Shown here piece after piece: positions 45,108 through 58,002 of a stretch of DNA of 64,000 nt; positions within the stretch are counted from its first letter, which is position 1, and the number at the start of each line of letters is the position of its first letter. Where the stretch lies: assembly GCA_965645245.1 (NCBI GenBank), contig OZ287072.1, forward strand, positions 2,356,001 to 2,420,000, in the 5' to 3' direction. Source of the DNA: Massalongia carnosa. Lineage: Eukaryota. The notes beneath the pieces were generated by a model. That model made no database searches, was not told the DNA's origin, and saw only the letters and a list, made by a program, of their open reading frames with translations. The position numbers were made by a program, and so were the translations under genes.

Positions 45108-46968
45108 ATGGCTCCCTCGCACGTCCAGAATTCTATGCAGGCTCAAAACCAGCCTCGTCCTGGGCCTAATTCAAAGTCCGCCAGTCTTCGCATCTTGCAT
45201 TCAGCCCGACTTCCCAAGAAAGCGTTTATGCAGTCTTCAATGCCTAGCATGCCCGGTTGTTCCAATGATAATGCTTCTATCATTAAACACTTTCGTCTGC
45301 ATCGAGAGGTGGCCGATCATCCTACACTTCGCGATATTTCTGACGACGAACATGATGCTCCTCGACATCGAGTATCCTACACCAGAGAGCAGAAACTAGC
45401 TGCTATTAGCTATGCTCAAACTACCTGGAAGTCTCAGAAGGATAGAAGTATGAAGCTTATCAGTAAATATGCTGCAGCCAACAATCTTGGAATTACTACC
45501 ACGATGCTTAGAAAGTGGATTGAAAGTAGTTCGAGTATCGCCGCTCAACCTAAAGGTAAACGAAAAGACAGCAAAGCTATGGGTGTATGTAAAGAGCCTG
45601 AGCTTGAAAGGCGACTTTTGGAGTTATTCATGGAAGCCCGTAACACTGGACGTAAAATCAATAAACGTTGGTTTGTTCGTCAGGGTCGTCAGGTGTATGG
45701 TCAATTATATCCTCATCGAGTGACTAAAGCATCCGGAAGAATGACTGAGTATGCCGATTTCAAATCTCTAATGGTTAGTTTCGTGGATTCAGACGAAGGT
45801 GTGGTATAGCTGTCAGAAATCCTACCAAAAAAGCTCAGCAGGTGAATAATCAAATGTTAATTTTTTTGATGATATTGAACAAACGGCATTCGGTTCATAT
45901 CAGAGTCCCGAGAACTTTCGCGACATTATCCAGTTGTGGTTACAATTTAATCGTCGCAATTCTCAACCGCTTTTGGGTCAAATTCCTTTGCATGGAGGAG
46001 GAAGATTTCGTCTTTGCGATATCGGCAATATGGATCAGACTCCTATTGCTTACGAGTTCCTGCAGGGTCAATGCTACGATTTTAAAGGTGCCAAAACTGT
46101 ATGGATTAAAACCCATCGGTCTGGATGGGACAAAAGACAAGCCACTTTGATGATTTATGTTTCTGCTGACGGCATTAATCGACACAAACCTCTTCTCATA
46201 TTTAAAGACCAAGATAGCACAAAATGCAGTCGAATCAAGAAAGAGATGACGCAGTACGACTCGGGAGTAGTAGTTCAATGGGATCCAAAGGCCTACCGCA
46301 ATGGAAAAGTCATGTGTCGATGGCTAAAACAGCAGTATAAATACGCTACTCTAGGACTTCATAACGCTAATACACGGCGTTTTCTATCATTAGATGTGTT
46401 TGCGGGACAAGAAACCGAAGAGGTAAATAGCTGAGCATTTTGTTTTCAAGCTGCTCATGTTTGCTATCAAATTTTAGGTTAAACAAGCCTTAAAGATTTA
46501 AACGTCACAGCATCATTTATTCCTTCCGGCTGCACCGGGTTTATTCAAGTTCTAGACGTCGCCATTAATAAACCTTTGAAGAATCGAATATCGGGGCTAG
46601 CCGACATTCATTACGATGAGCACTTCGAGAAATGGAATAAAGGCTCATACACGGTAGGAGATCGACGAATTATGCTAACAAAATGGGTGGGACAAGAATG
46701 GAGGGAAATGCACTTAGAGCATTCTTCTTTACTTTGTCAAACCTTTCGAAAGTTGGGATTGTCTCTTGCTGCAGACGGGTCGGAGGATGATGAGTTATCA
46801 GTTAAAGACATACCAGGCATAACGGTAGGCGATTGGAAGCTTTCTACCGGTCAGGAGGACAAACAAGAGGTAGAGGAGCCTGATACAACTGATAATAGCG
46901 AGGAGGTGCAGAAGGATGACGAAACTGAAGGCGTCATTGAGGTTAGGGAGTACGTTTTGAGTGCTGAA
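45108..46968 (+). pseudogene. pogo transposase (introns, frameshifts; tail resumes 50401-50451)
   Basis: GNMDQTP, LSLDVFAGQ and QVLDVAINKPLK motifs; interrupted by the MULE. Confidence 0.85.
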
Positions 46969-49900
46969 CGAGAAGACTCGGGACAGTCCCCCCCCCCACC
47001 GTCCCCCCAGCGAAAATCATTCCAAATTAGGACTAGCTACAAGCCACCTCCCCATACTAAATAATTAGGTGCATATACCTCGTTCACCGTCTCTATTAAT
47101 AATATTATAGGTATAGGCAGCCAACCCTCTGTATAAATTTATCACTATGATAGGTAGACCGCACTTCTTCTCTCCCTAATCTTTTTCTTTGCTATGGCCC
47201 TCACATCAACGTCCCTGGATGCACGTTTGCAAAGGGCTATAGCGAGTTTACCGTCTTCTCATCGTCTTCCTCCGAGTGAGAGTGAAATCTTTATCTCCTG
47301 GGAGGAGGGAAAAACCCGCCTTCAGAATTATGCCTTTACTCAAGGCTTTGCATTGGTCACAGAGACTAATGATAAGAAGAATCATCTCGTTATACTAGAT
47401 TGCACCCGTCATCACAAAAGAGAAAGAAACACTAGAAAGCTAGAGGAGAAGGACCGCGTACGAAAAAACACGAAGGTCTCGTTCAACGAGTGCAAATATC
47501 GACTAAGACTGAAGCAAAACAAGGACGAATCGTGGAGATTAATCATCACCAATCCTGATCACAATCACGAGATGGCTACAGACCCCTTCGGTTTCAAAGA
47601 GCATCGTAGCCAAGACCTCGATCGAGCAACTGCCCTAGATCAAGCAAAAAGTCTCCGTGATGCATCAACTAGATACGGTCAAGCATCTCGCGTTTTGGGA
47701 ATGACTGGCCTGCGCCTTTCGAAGAAGGACTATTACAACCTGGCTCGATCCCAGGGCAAACATACACCTGAAGAAGAGTTGATCTATGCACTTGGATTTC
47801 TAGAAGAAGAAGGGTTTCATGTACGGACTTTGGAGAAATATCTCGTTGAAAACAATACTCCCCGAAGACGTGTTGTTGAACATTTCTTTTTCTGTAACGC
47901 TGAACAGATCCGACTGACTAGACGATTCGTCAGTGGATTTTTGATAGAAACGGATGCTACGTTCAATACAAATCAGTTGAACTTACCTCTATCGGTATTG
48001 GTTGGCATCACCAACACAAATCAGACTTTCCCCGCGGCCTATTGTTATATAACTTCTGAATCGGCTGAGTGCTTTACGTTTCTATTTGATTGTATGAAAG
48101 ATCTCTTTTTTCATGATACATGTCCTGGTCCTAGGGTCAACCTCGGAGACTTCGCCGCTGGATTGACTGCAGCGATGCATAAAAAACGGGCTAAGGAAAT
48201 AAACCCGGATGCAGCAATGACCGTTGCATGGCAAGTCGCCCAATCAATACACGAAACCGACCCTGATTGTGTGTTGCAATTATGCTCGTGGCACGCAGCG
48301 GAGGCAATCAAGAAACGCCTGATCAGGGCGGGTTCATATCCTTTAGAAGTACGGAAAGAACTGCATGAATTGATATGGGAGTGGATCAAAACTCCTACCG
48401 TTAAACAGCTGGATGAGAAGAGAAACGCGTTGATATTGAAGCTTCATGCTTCAGAAAAGGTATGAAGCCATCAAAAAACGTTAATAAGGGCTAACTCACT
48501 CCTATTTCCAGGAGTATTTTACTAGCTATTATCAACGTCAGGAGTGTCAGTTTGTTTCCGCATACACCAGAAAGTTCCCTAATTTAGGTGCACATAGCAC
48601 ACAAAGGGTGGAAGGTTTGCATCCGTTGGTAAAGAATGTGACAAATAGGCATACACCTATTAAGGACTCGGTGCGGAAAATATGCGAAACAGTGCAAAGG
48701 GTTCAGGTTGACTACGAAATATCAACCAATCATCAACGAATCAACAACCCCCGGCTAATGGATAGAAGTGCGTTCAAAGACCTTATAGGTTTAATAACTC
48801 ATCATGCTATTGACCTCATATCTAGAGAGTTGGATGCAGCTAAAATTTTAGCCGAAGATTTCAATCAACAGGTTTCTTTTGGAGTTGAAGGGACTGCATT
48901 AATCGAACCAACCGGTGAGGATTGTATGTATGATTGTGATTTGCCTCCACGATACGGTCTTCCGTGCAGATGCTGGTTGTATCGTTGCGTCATTGATGTT
49001 ATCCCCATACCTATCTCCCTCATTCATCCCCGCTGGTTTTTCGATGGCCCGCCTTTTGTGGTCTCGTGGAGCATGGTTTTCGACCCCACCATAAATTTCG
49101 CTGAGATGTTTCGGAGAGCAGCTCACAGGAAGACCACAGAAGAGCAGGATGAGGAGGCGGATGAGGGGGGGAATGCTCAACAAAGTCAAGAATCTGAGCC
49201 GGAGGAGGAAATCGAGAAGGCAGTTGACAATAATACTGGGGATAGATTTCGTCGCGGGGGTGTTGATTTGCTGCATGCGGCCGCACATCAATCAATTGAT
49301 TTTCATAAATCAATAGAAAATGTGCATAGAAGGGAGGGATACGCTCGTGAATTCGCCAAATTCACTGCTATTTTCAATAAAAAATGGCAGGATAAGGAGC
49401 TGGCGAGGCCACTTATCCCTACAACTTTCCCCGACGAAATCCGACCGAAGGACAACCTCATGTATAAAAAGAGTGGGAGTCGCCGGCGGGCTTACACTGG
49501 CCGTGAGGCAGCTGAGGCAGATGAAGCTAAGCAGCGACGTGCTAAACGTAAGGACTCGATTGAAGAAGGGAGGAGAAGAAGGCATGAGGATGAATTGCGG
49601 GCAGGCGGTGAAGACAAGGGTATGATTGATGATAAAAAACCCACGATATCAGCAAATCGATCGATGTAGCGCGGCTAATATTCGGTATAGATTCCGGAGA
49701 TGCTATCATCGTATCTGACGACGATGCCCTGCAATATATAGCAACTCAGCCTACCCCCGATCCTCCACTCTCTCTGAATGAGAATGATGATTTTATCCCT
49801 CCATCCCCGGCATCTTCTTCCGATTCATTTGAAGATATTGATGAAGTGCTGGCGAAACATAGCCAAAAGGCTCTTTCCCAAACGGTTCCCTCTCCAAATA

Positions 49901-50391
49901 GCTCCTTCCCTTTATAGCCTCAGTCAAAAAAACATCCGCGCTAGCTAGCTACCATCCACATCGTCTGCAACAACAACACGAGGGTCACGGGGTGTGGTAG
50001 CCAAAAAATCGAAGGCTCAGTTGGAGTTGGAGTCTCAGCAGAGGGCCGACCAAGCGGCCAAACAAGCAAGGGCTGAGGAGAGGAAAAACGCAGCTGCAAG
50101 AAAGGTTGCTAAGACTATGAAGCCTAGAAAGGATAATGTTTCGCAATTGAGTGATGCATTTTCAGAATTGAGATCATCGCAATGAGTGGTAGGAGTAGTA
50201 GTAATAGTAGTAGTATGAATAGATGAGGATTTTTCAGAATGCGGGGCTAAGCTAAATCAGCTAGAGGAAGCTTGCGGAGAGACGGTGGACGTGCACATAT
50301 TTAGTATGGGGAGGTGGCTTGTAGCTAGTCCTAATTTGCAATGATTTTCGCTGGGGGGACGGTGGGGGGGGGACTGTCCCGAGTCTTCTCG
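46969..50391 (+). mobile_element. Mutator-like (MULE) transposon
   Basis: ~95-120-bp TIRs CGAGAAGACTCGGGACAGTCCCC.., 9-bp TSD AGTGCTGAA (46960-46968, 50392-50400). Confidence 0.95.
47194..49669 (+). CDS. MULE transposase (intron 48460-48511; 3' exon structure uncertain, may extend to ~50185)
   Basis: WRKY/FAR1-like C..HNH domain, ETDATFNTN, LCSWH, spliced STQRVEGLH, SWIM-like YGLPCRC. Confidence 0.88.
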
Positions 50392-50714
50392 AGTGCTGAA
50401 TCTGGGCCCGTTTTGAATAGCGATACTGAGATGGATGTTGATGACGATTGATTTGCAGGGGATCTTTACTGATGCTTAAAGAATTTTTACTACTGTTTTG
50501 CGCAAAATTGCCCTGTTGATAATTTGTCATCCCAAAATCTCGAAATTATGGTCTTATAGTGCAGGACCCCCCCTATGTTCGGAAATAAGCAATTTGAACC
50601 GGGTCTTATATCCGGGAGGGTCTTAGCCAAAAGCAGGGTCTTATTTGCCAGATAATACGGTATGTGTTTTCATAAGCGAAATTGCAAATCATTTTGCATA
50701 CGCTAATTGATTAA

Positions 50715-51345
50715 GGCCCCGTTTGTGTACAGCGTAGATAGCCTAATTTTCGACGTTACGCCATACACTTTTGGTGGTGTTTTGTCCGCCATGCCGGCAT
50801 CTTGGGACCAATTGTACGATTCTACTCTTGAGGCCGTTTTTTTGGGCCATTGCCTCCTACGTGGAGGATTATAACGATATACAGTTCAATTCAAGGAATC
50901 GGCGCAATGCGTCAAGTCTCTACGGCGAGTAATGGATGGAGCAACTGCTCGATCAGCGCCATACGAATCGATCTACGACAACCTTCGCGTGGATCGCGAG
51001 ACGACATCTTCGCTGTCTCTACGTTCGACCTACAGTTCAGCTACGTTCTTGCTGGATGGGAGGGCTCTGCGCATGATGCGCTAGTCCTTAAGGATGCCGT
51101 CTCCTATCATGGATTGAGGCTCCCTCCAGGGAAGTACCTCCTTGCGGACGCTGGATACTCCAATACGGAGCACACCTTGGTGCCGTTTCGGGGCACGAGG
51201 TATCATCTCAAGGAGCAGAGGCTGGAGAAAGGTAAGATCTACAGTTGCGTTATTGAGTACATTGGGAATGGCCTCACGGAGGCGAAAAAGGAGGATATTA
51301 CTTTCAAATTCCCAACAGCCATCTACGGCGTATCCAAATGCGGCC
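50715..51345 (+). mobile_element. Internally deleted PIF/Harbinger transposon
   Basis: Imperfect ~28-bp TIRs (GGCCCCGTTTGTGTAC / GGCCGCATTTGGATAC), TAA TSD; transposase fragment AGWEGSAHD..YLLADAGY..PFRGTRYHL. Confidence 0.88.
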
Positions 51346-51528
51346 TAAATCCTTGATTATGCAAGCTAACTTAAAGTAAAAGGCAACATTACGCGAAAAA
51401 AAACCGAGTCTCACCCCGATCCTCGCTTAGAGACTGTCAACCTGCGAGGGGAATGCTCTACCATTCCGAAAGTGATTTTTTTAACACGATTAATGATTTT
51501 TCTTTTTCAAAGCAACAATTCCACAACT

Positions 51529-51789
51529 TGTTAGATGAGACAGCCATCCTATGTGCCGTGCCAGACGGCAACATAACGGCTTGGGAATAACGTCTCAGGT
51601 GATCAGCACACGGCTAGCTAATGAGGTGGTACGGCAGGGAGATTCAAGGCAAATCTGCCCTGCCGCTATGCCTGCTCTCTATCTTATTTATCTCTCATCT
51701 ATCTAGCTATATAAACATAGTAGATAGCCACTTAGATAGAATAATCAATCCTTCCCATACATACTATTACCTACTTATTTAACTCAACA
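51529..51789. mobile_element. Solo LTR inserted at the 3' end of the ankyrin gene
   Basis: TGTTAG...TCAACA, TSD CAACT. Confidence 0.88.
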
Positions 51790-54278
51790 CAACTGACTTG
51801 ACTTATGTTTTTTTTTTGACGCCGCATACATCCCCGCATCGAAAGACTCGACGTCAGCCCCAGCAATTATCAGCAGTTGCACTCCCGTTATATGTCCTTC
51901 CGTTGCTGCCGCTTCCAAGGCCGTATTATCAAATTTATCGAGCGCGTTGACGTTGGCTTCTGCATTCAATAACAATTCCATTATCGCCACATGTCCTTTC
52001 CTTGATGCTGCATGCAATGCCGTGCCAAAAGTTCCATCCCCTGCATTGACGTCGACGCCGGCATTTAACAATAATTGCACGACACTCGTATGTCCTCCCC
52101 TTGCTGCCGCTTGCAGCGCCGTGTTGTCGTACATATCGCGTACATCGACTTTGGCCCCTGCATTCAACAGCAGTCGAACCACCTCTATGTGTCCTGTCTT
52201 TGATGCCGCCTGCAATGCCGTGCCGTAAAACCCGCCGCATGCATCGACGTCAGTTCCCGCATGTAACAACCATAGCACCGCGGTCGTATGTCCTTCCCTT
52301 GCTGCCGCCTGCAATGCCGTTATGCCGTACTTATCGCGCGCGTCGACTAGGGCCCCTTTACTCAACAACAGTTTTATAATCTCTATATGTCCTTTCTTTG
52401 ACGCCAAATGCAGTGCCGTGCGCAAACGCACGGTGGGGGCGTTGATGTCGGCCCCTGCATTTAGCAGCAATCGCACTACCGCAATATGTCCTTCATTTGA
52501 TGCAGCCTGCAACGGCGTCTCGTGAAGAATATCATATAAATTGACGTTTGCCCCAGCATCTAGAAGCAGCCGCACCATCGTCGCTTGTCCTTTCTCTGAT
52601 GCCGCATGCAAAGCCGTGCGGTTAGATTCATTGCGCACGTTGACGTCGATCCCTGCATCCAACAACAGTTGCATCGCCAACTCTTGTCCTAATTCAGCTA
52701 CTATTGATAACGGTGTCTGGCCGTGCACATACTTGGAATCGGAAACGATAGCATTAAGTATGAGCAACAGTCTCACCGTTGTTTCATGACCTTGAATGGA
52801 TGATTCATATGACTTGCTACCATGGTGTCCGCTTTGCGCGTAGAAATCAGCCTCTAAGTCGAGCAATAATCGCACCGCCGCTTCATGCCCATCACTGGCC
52901 AATTCATGCAGCCGATCATGTTTCCTATGGGTTTGAAGTCTATGTAAGCCCCCGCTTTGTTTGAAGATTGCAAGTTTGTCGATCAATTTCATCGTGTTGT
53001 GCTGTTCAACTCTCATCTGCTCTTCCTGCGACATCGATTTTTCTTTGATCTCCTTAACAAAAGTAGCAGTACTAGATAAAGCCCTCTTCAAAAGACTGTC
53101 CCCTGTAATGAGGTCTATAAATCTATATGCTGAGGTATCTGGGAGGCAGTTCCAGATGCTGACGGGAATTGAAACAAGTAATAAAGTGGATTTACCGGGA
53201 TATACTTCCTCGATGTTCACTTTAATCTTTAGAATGTCCTCAGGTGCTTCGCTTACTAACCATTTGATCCATGATTCCAAATTAGGAATGGTAGATTCGT
53301 CAATAAGCGAGATCGCCAAGAGTACCCTGCAACTATCCGATGAGAATAACGTGGAAGTTAAACTCGATGATTTGAATATTGAAGATGTTGACAGATCTTG
53401 GGAAGAACTCGATGGAGAGACCAAAGATGTTGCAGAAGTGGAGGATTCTACTGGTGCAATAATAATGCTAGGCCTTCCACGACCCGAAAGCGGAATGTAC
53501 TGCGGTGTGTTTTGCAAGCGCTTTTTCGACTTCAGGAGTCGCTCATAAAGCTGACTGACTGTAAACGCCTGAGAGCGAAAGGACTGAAGCTTGTGTATGA
53601 GGTTCCGCGTGAAAGAACGGTGGGTTACCCCTTCAGCTTCAACTTCCATCCCGCAAGCAGCCAGAAGTTCCTTAGTTCCACTGACTCTATCGCGGCCAGC
53701 GCTCCCAGCATAACAGCAATCAAGTATTATCAAGACATCACAGGATGCTCTTTTTAGCATTGACTGCATGTCCGACCAGACCAACGTTGGACTATTTGAA
53801 TCGCAGTTCCTGTGATACATTAGCCACTCGATATATGATTATAAAGAGTAAGTTTAAATAAAGACCCTCCTTACGCAGCCCAAATGCTTCGATTATTTGG
53901 ATCCCAACTTCCATGGCCCCCATAATAAACGATCAGGAGTTTTCCAGATTCTCCATGATAAGCCTTGACCCAGCTTAACTTTTGCTCCAGCTTGTTCTCG
54001 GCATCCAGACTAGGTATCCTCCAAATCTCAGTTGTAAAATTGAATTGTGACTTCCATTGCGATTCGAGAGCATCGAGCTCCGAATAGGTCTGAAGATCAT
54101 CATCCACCCAGTTCATAAGCAAAACGTGGACGTTAGTGTACCGGGTCGCAGTTCGAGGAAATGCAGAGTTACAGGCATTGGTAAGATTCTGGGTAAATGC
54201 GTTCCAATCATGATGTTCGAAGTCTTGAGTAAGAGGATGCGTCCAATCGTCGAAATATCCGTGTCCCAGTATATCCAT
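51784..54278 (-). CDS. Caspase-like (clan CD) N-terminal domain + ankyrin-repeat protein; intron 53810-53874
   Basis: LLIVYYGGHG and IILDCCYAG (His/Cys dyad); about 9-10 ankyrin repeats (TALQAA..GH..VVRLLLNAGADV); the stop codon comes from the solo LTR. Confidence 0.85.
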
Positions 54279-54873
54279 CGTGACTGTAGTTGATTCAGAT
54301 TTAGACTTGGTTAGGCTTAGAAGTCATGTTTATTGAAAGAAACTGTTACGATCCGCCTTCGGCATACCGTAATAAGAGCTTAGTAAGGCCTAGTGTCACT
54401 TGCTAGCCACGCTAGCCTAACACGCTATCGCAGACGCATCTGCGAGCATAGGACGAGTCGAGAACACAAGACTCGATGAACAAGCGATGACAACACAGGA
54501 AGGAGTAAAACGAAAGAATCTCACTGAATAATGTCCCGCCTAACCCAGTTAACGTAATTCACTAGTCAACGGGACAACCGCTCAACGGGACTAACTAAAT
54601 TTCGCTTAACCTTTGAGGCCTTCCTCGTACCCATTTTACATACATGTCTAAGAATGATAATTTAACTGCATGTAAGTTCACTGAAACAGTCCCATTTTAC
54701 GTGGTGGACGAACATTACGACCTCGTTTGGTAGTTTGAACATCCTCCACCGCCTTCACCTCCTCCACCTCCTTCACCTTCTTCACCTCTTTTGCCTCTTC
54801 TACTGTCTCTTTCACCTCTGTGGTTGGATAGAGTATTAAGGGGGGTACTAATCGTCTTTTCGAAGGGCTATTA

Positions 54874-55257
54874 TGTCACGGTGCGAGGTCAGGTAGGAAT
54901 TCAGGTGGTGCAAACGTGTTACTTGATTGTCTAGCTAGGTGGACAAGACGTTCGACAAGGAGAAAAGAAACAGAAAATCAAACGTGGGCGAGTATAAGAC
55001 TCTGGCGAACGGAACTAGTCCCAATCCAGCTTTTGATCCAATTTCTCTCGAGTCCCTGGCATGACACTATCGCCATGACACTATTGACAGCCGGAACACC
55101 TACTTTGCCCTAACTGGTCCGGATCAAGCTTAGTTCCTTTCGGACCGGCTAGCCGGTTAGTGCTTCGCTCAAGCAGTTAAGGTTACCCTGAATGATTCAA
55201 TGAAGTAGATGGATGGTCCGATGAACTAACTGGCAGGTGCCCAGTCACTCCATGACA
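54874..55257. mobile_element. Solo LTR
   Basis: TGTCA...TGACA, TSD TATTA. Confidence 0.88.
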
Positions 55258-55698
55258 TATTAGGCCTTTTTTGTGGACTACAGAATTCTTTCTGAGGACT
55301 TTTCGATTGGGATGCGGGAGACGATTGACCTAGTAAATCAGGCCCAAATCGACACATTTCTCTGAATGCTTTGTTAGGTCTTGCTCCGCTCGTTTTAATT
55401 GAGCGGCTTTCTTTTTGTCGTCCTTTATCTTCTGTTGATCTTTAGCCCATTGCTGTCTCTATTGAACGTCTTCAAGGCTGAGGACTCGAGCCTTTCCACC
55501 AAAGTGAGCTCCGCTACGATTGGCTTTATGATGCCGCCGTACATTGGCGTGAAGAGGCTCGTGGTTGGTAATTCGAAGCATGGTAGAGTCAGCAAAGGCA
55601 TATTTGGCCACTTTTATCAATTTGTTTAGCGCTCGAGCGGGTGTCGAGTCTGAATTTTCATCATTTCTAATTCGACGAATCAGTTGATTTACTTGGTC

Positions 55699-57261
55699 TG
55701 TTAAATTATCCTTTGCGGGTATAGCGTAGCCCTGCGAGCCTTGGCGCGCTAGGCAGTATATAATATCCATGTACTCCGTAGACAGATCTCAATAGAACAC
55801 ACCTTCATGCAGTCTTCTCTCCTCCCTACCTGATATACCATTTAACTGGTTATGAGCCCGGGTTAGCATGAGGCTTCCCCTTGTAGGCATGGATAAAGGG
55901 AGATGTGTGCGTGTCCGCGGTCAGAGCGCGTGATTACTCTGAATTCCAGCAGCTTTTTACGGTCCCTTTTGGTAAGGGAGAATTAGCACTTCGGCAACTG
56001 ATTACGAGTCTCTTGAGGGTCAGGAGACAAATCAGGTGAAAACGGCAGCTCGATACGTGTCTTTAGCGGAAGACAAACAAGCCAAATCGGCGACGATGAG
56101 AGGTCGCCAATCCAAATCTCCACTCGACAATCCAGCGACACAGTTGAACCTAACAACCGCCTTGTCGCTATTCAAACTCGATAGAGTCCCCAAAAGGCTG
56201 CCTTTTCGAATTCAATTATCGATTGGTCTTTGTGAAGGCCTCCGGATCGATTTCTTTTCTAAACGCCGGCTACTGGCTTCTTAGTCACTACTACCGACGT
56301 CCCTTCATCAAACAGTCATAACCTCGTGGTTCACTCATTTATTAACCCACCCACCACCCAATTGATCTCAATTCCTAACTTCTTTCCTTTTAATTACGAC
56401 CTTCGCCTACACATTACCTCGATGTTCTTATTCCTCTCGGTTGCCGTTTCGCCGAATGCCGTGGGGGAGATAGGGGAATGGAAGGAGGTACCCGCAGGGT
56501 ACCGAGGACAACCGACATGAGGGAGCAGGTATACTGCCATCATGGAGGAAGGACACCATAAAGGAGATAGGAGAAGGCATCCGCAGGATGCCGAGGATAC
56601 AACTCGAATGGGGGAGCAGATGCCCTGCCACCATGAAGGGAATACAACCCGAATGGGGGAGCAGATGCCCTGCCACCATGAAGGGAGTACAACCCGAATG
56701 GGGGAGCAGATGCCCTGCCACCATGAGGGGAGTACAACCCGAATGGGGGAGCAGATGCCCTGCCACCATGAGGGGAGTACAACCCGAATGGGGGAGCAGA
56801 TTTCCTGCCACGATGAAGGAAGTACAACCCGAATGGAGGAGCAGTTGTCCTGCCGCCATAAGGGATGGGATGAAAGGTGCAAAGAGAGGACAACTCGCAT
56901 GAGGGAGCACATCGCTTGCGATTGCCATCATGGAGGGAAGTGCAGGAAGAAACAACCGACTTCGCTCTCACCTGTTCTGTCGGCACGAGGGGATTTATCC
57001 TTTTTTTTTCACATGAGAGAGTTATATTGTCTTTGATCTGTTGCTGTATTTTCATACTGCCTCCACCACGGCTACACCGATAAGGGAGTTGATCGGTAAG
57101 GGGAGTGTTAAATTATCCTCCAACCCCTTTGCGGGTGTAGCGTAGCCCTGCGAGCCTTGGCGCGCTAGGCAGTATATAATAGCCATGTACTCTGTAGACA
57201 GATCTCAATAGAACACCTTCATGCAGTCTTCTCTCCTCCCTACCTGATATACCATTTAACT
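55699..57261 (+). mobile_element. Non-autonomous LTR retroelement (TRIM/LARD-like) with TG..CT LTRs
   Basis: LTRs 55699-55847 and 57106-57261, TSD TGGTC, PBS GGTTATGAGCCC at 55848, PPT AAGGGGAG; no gag or pol. Confidence 0.92.
56599..56860. repeat. 45-bp tandem array (~6 copies) inside the non-autonomous element
   Basis: Unit ACAACCCGAATGGGGGAGCAGATGCCCTGCCACCATGARGGGAGT. Confidence 0.94.
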
Positions 57262-57616
57262 TGGTCGATATTTGCAGGTGTCTTTCTATTTCGACGACAG
57301 CTTGCTGAGAATTCTGAAAAACTGTCGGAGTGCCAGGGTCAGAGGCCGACATGATCTTCGGATCAATCCCGACAATCGAGGTTCTTGTAACAGTAGTGAT
57401 AGTGGTAGTGGTGGTGGTGATGGTGGTAGTGATGCTGTCAGTCTTTCGCAACACCGATTGTTTGTTAGTGAGTTTCTGAAGAACTAAGGAAGGATTGTAT
57501 GGCACTAATCCGGTGGCTCTCCATGCGGTCAGCACGTTTTTTTTGCTGATTGCTTCTTTCCTTGCTTTTTGTATGATCTTCAGAAAGTCTACCTTGTCGA
57601 CTAACAGACGTTGAAT

Positions 57617-57768
57617 TACGCCGCGCAACGGGTCGGGTTTCTCTACTGAAAACTTAACCCGTTTGTGGCGAACCCTATGACTTTTGGTGTCCGGGTTGAG
57701 TTTTGAAAGAAAAACCCGGTGGCGAAAAAGCAATTTTGTGGCGAAAACCCAACCCGTTGCGCGGCGTA
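57617..57768. mobile_element. hAT-type MITE (152 bp)
   Basis: 17-bp TIR TACGCCGCGCAACGGGT, 8-bp TSD CGTTGAAT, AACCC/GGGTT subterminal motifs. Confidence 0.92.
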
Positions 57769-58002
57769 CGTTGAATCGAGTGACGATCTCCAAATGTTTT
57801 TTGTATTCACGTGATAGAGGTCCGAAAACGCTTACGTCTAGAGGTTGTAGTAAATGTGTTGTATAAGGAGGTAAACATAAAGGAACGATTTTCTGCTCGT
57901 TGCAAAACTTAATGAATTCAGTAGAAACATGAAAAGCATGACCATCTATCACCAAAAGTCGATAATTTCCCTGTAATTATCTTGCTATAGCAAGTTCAAA
58001 AC

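Larger units (their letters stand above)
44757..50660 (+). mobile_element. pogo-type DNA transposon nested in the Tc1 right TIR
   Basis: 23-bp TIR CCGTATTATCTGGCAAATAAGAC at both ends, TA TSD. Confidence 0.94.
43043..50703 (-). mobile_element. Tc1/IS630-like transposon with ~145-bp TIRs, hosting nested pogo and MULE elements
   Basis: Left TIR ~43043-43186; right TIR split into ~44659-44756 and 50663-50703; TA flanks (exact end uncertain by a few bp). Confidence 0.9.
54552..58002 (-). mobile_element. 5'-truncated pogo/Fot1 remnant with three nested insertions
   Basis: TA|ACGTAATTC TIR at 54552; transposase pieces LVIDGHAFH, QPLDVSVFGPL, AWRATGLVP, KTPANIDQV..KARVLS; other end lost at the solo LTR. 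Confidence 0.8.

Noticed and set aside
54344..54549. LTR-like start TGTTACG upstream of the caspase-ankyrin gene
   Set aside because: No matching CA end or TSD found; it is cut by the pogo TIR.
56394..57055. Overlapping minus-strand repeat ORFs
   Set aside because: By-products of a stop-free 45-bp unit.
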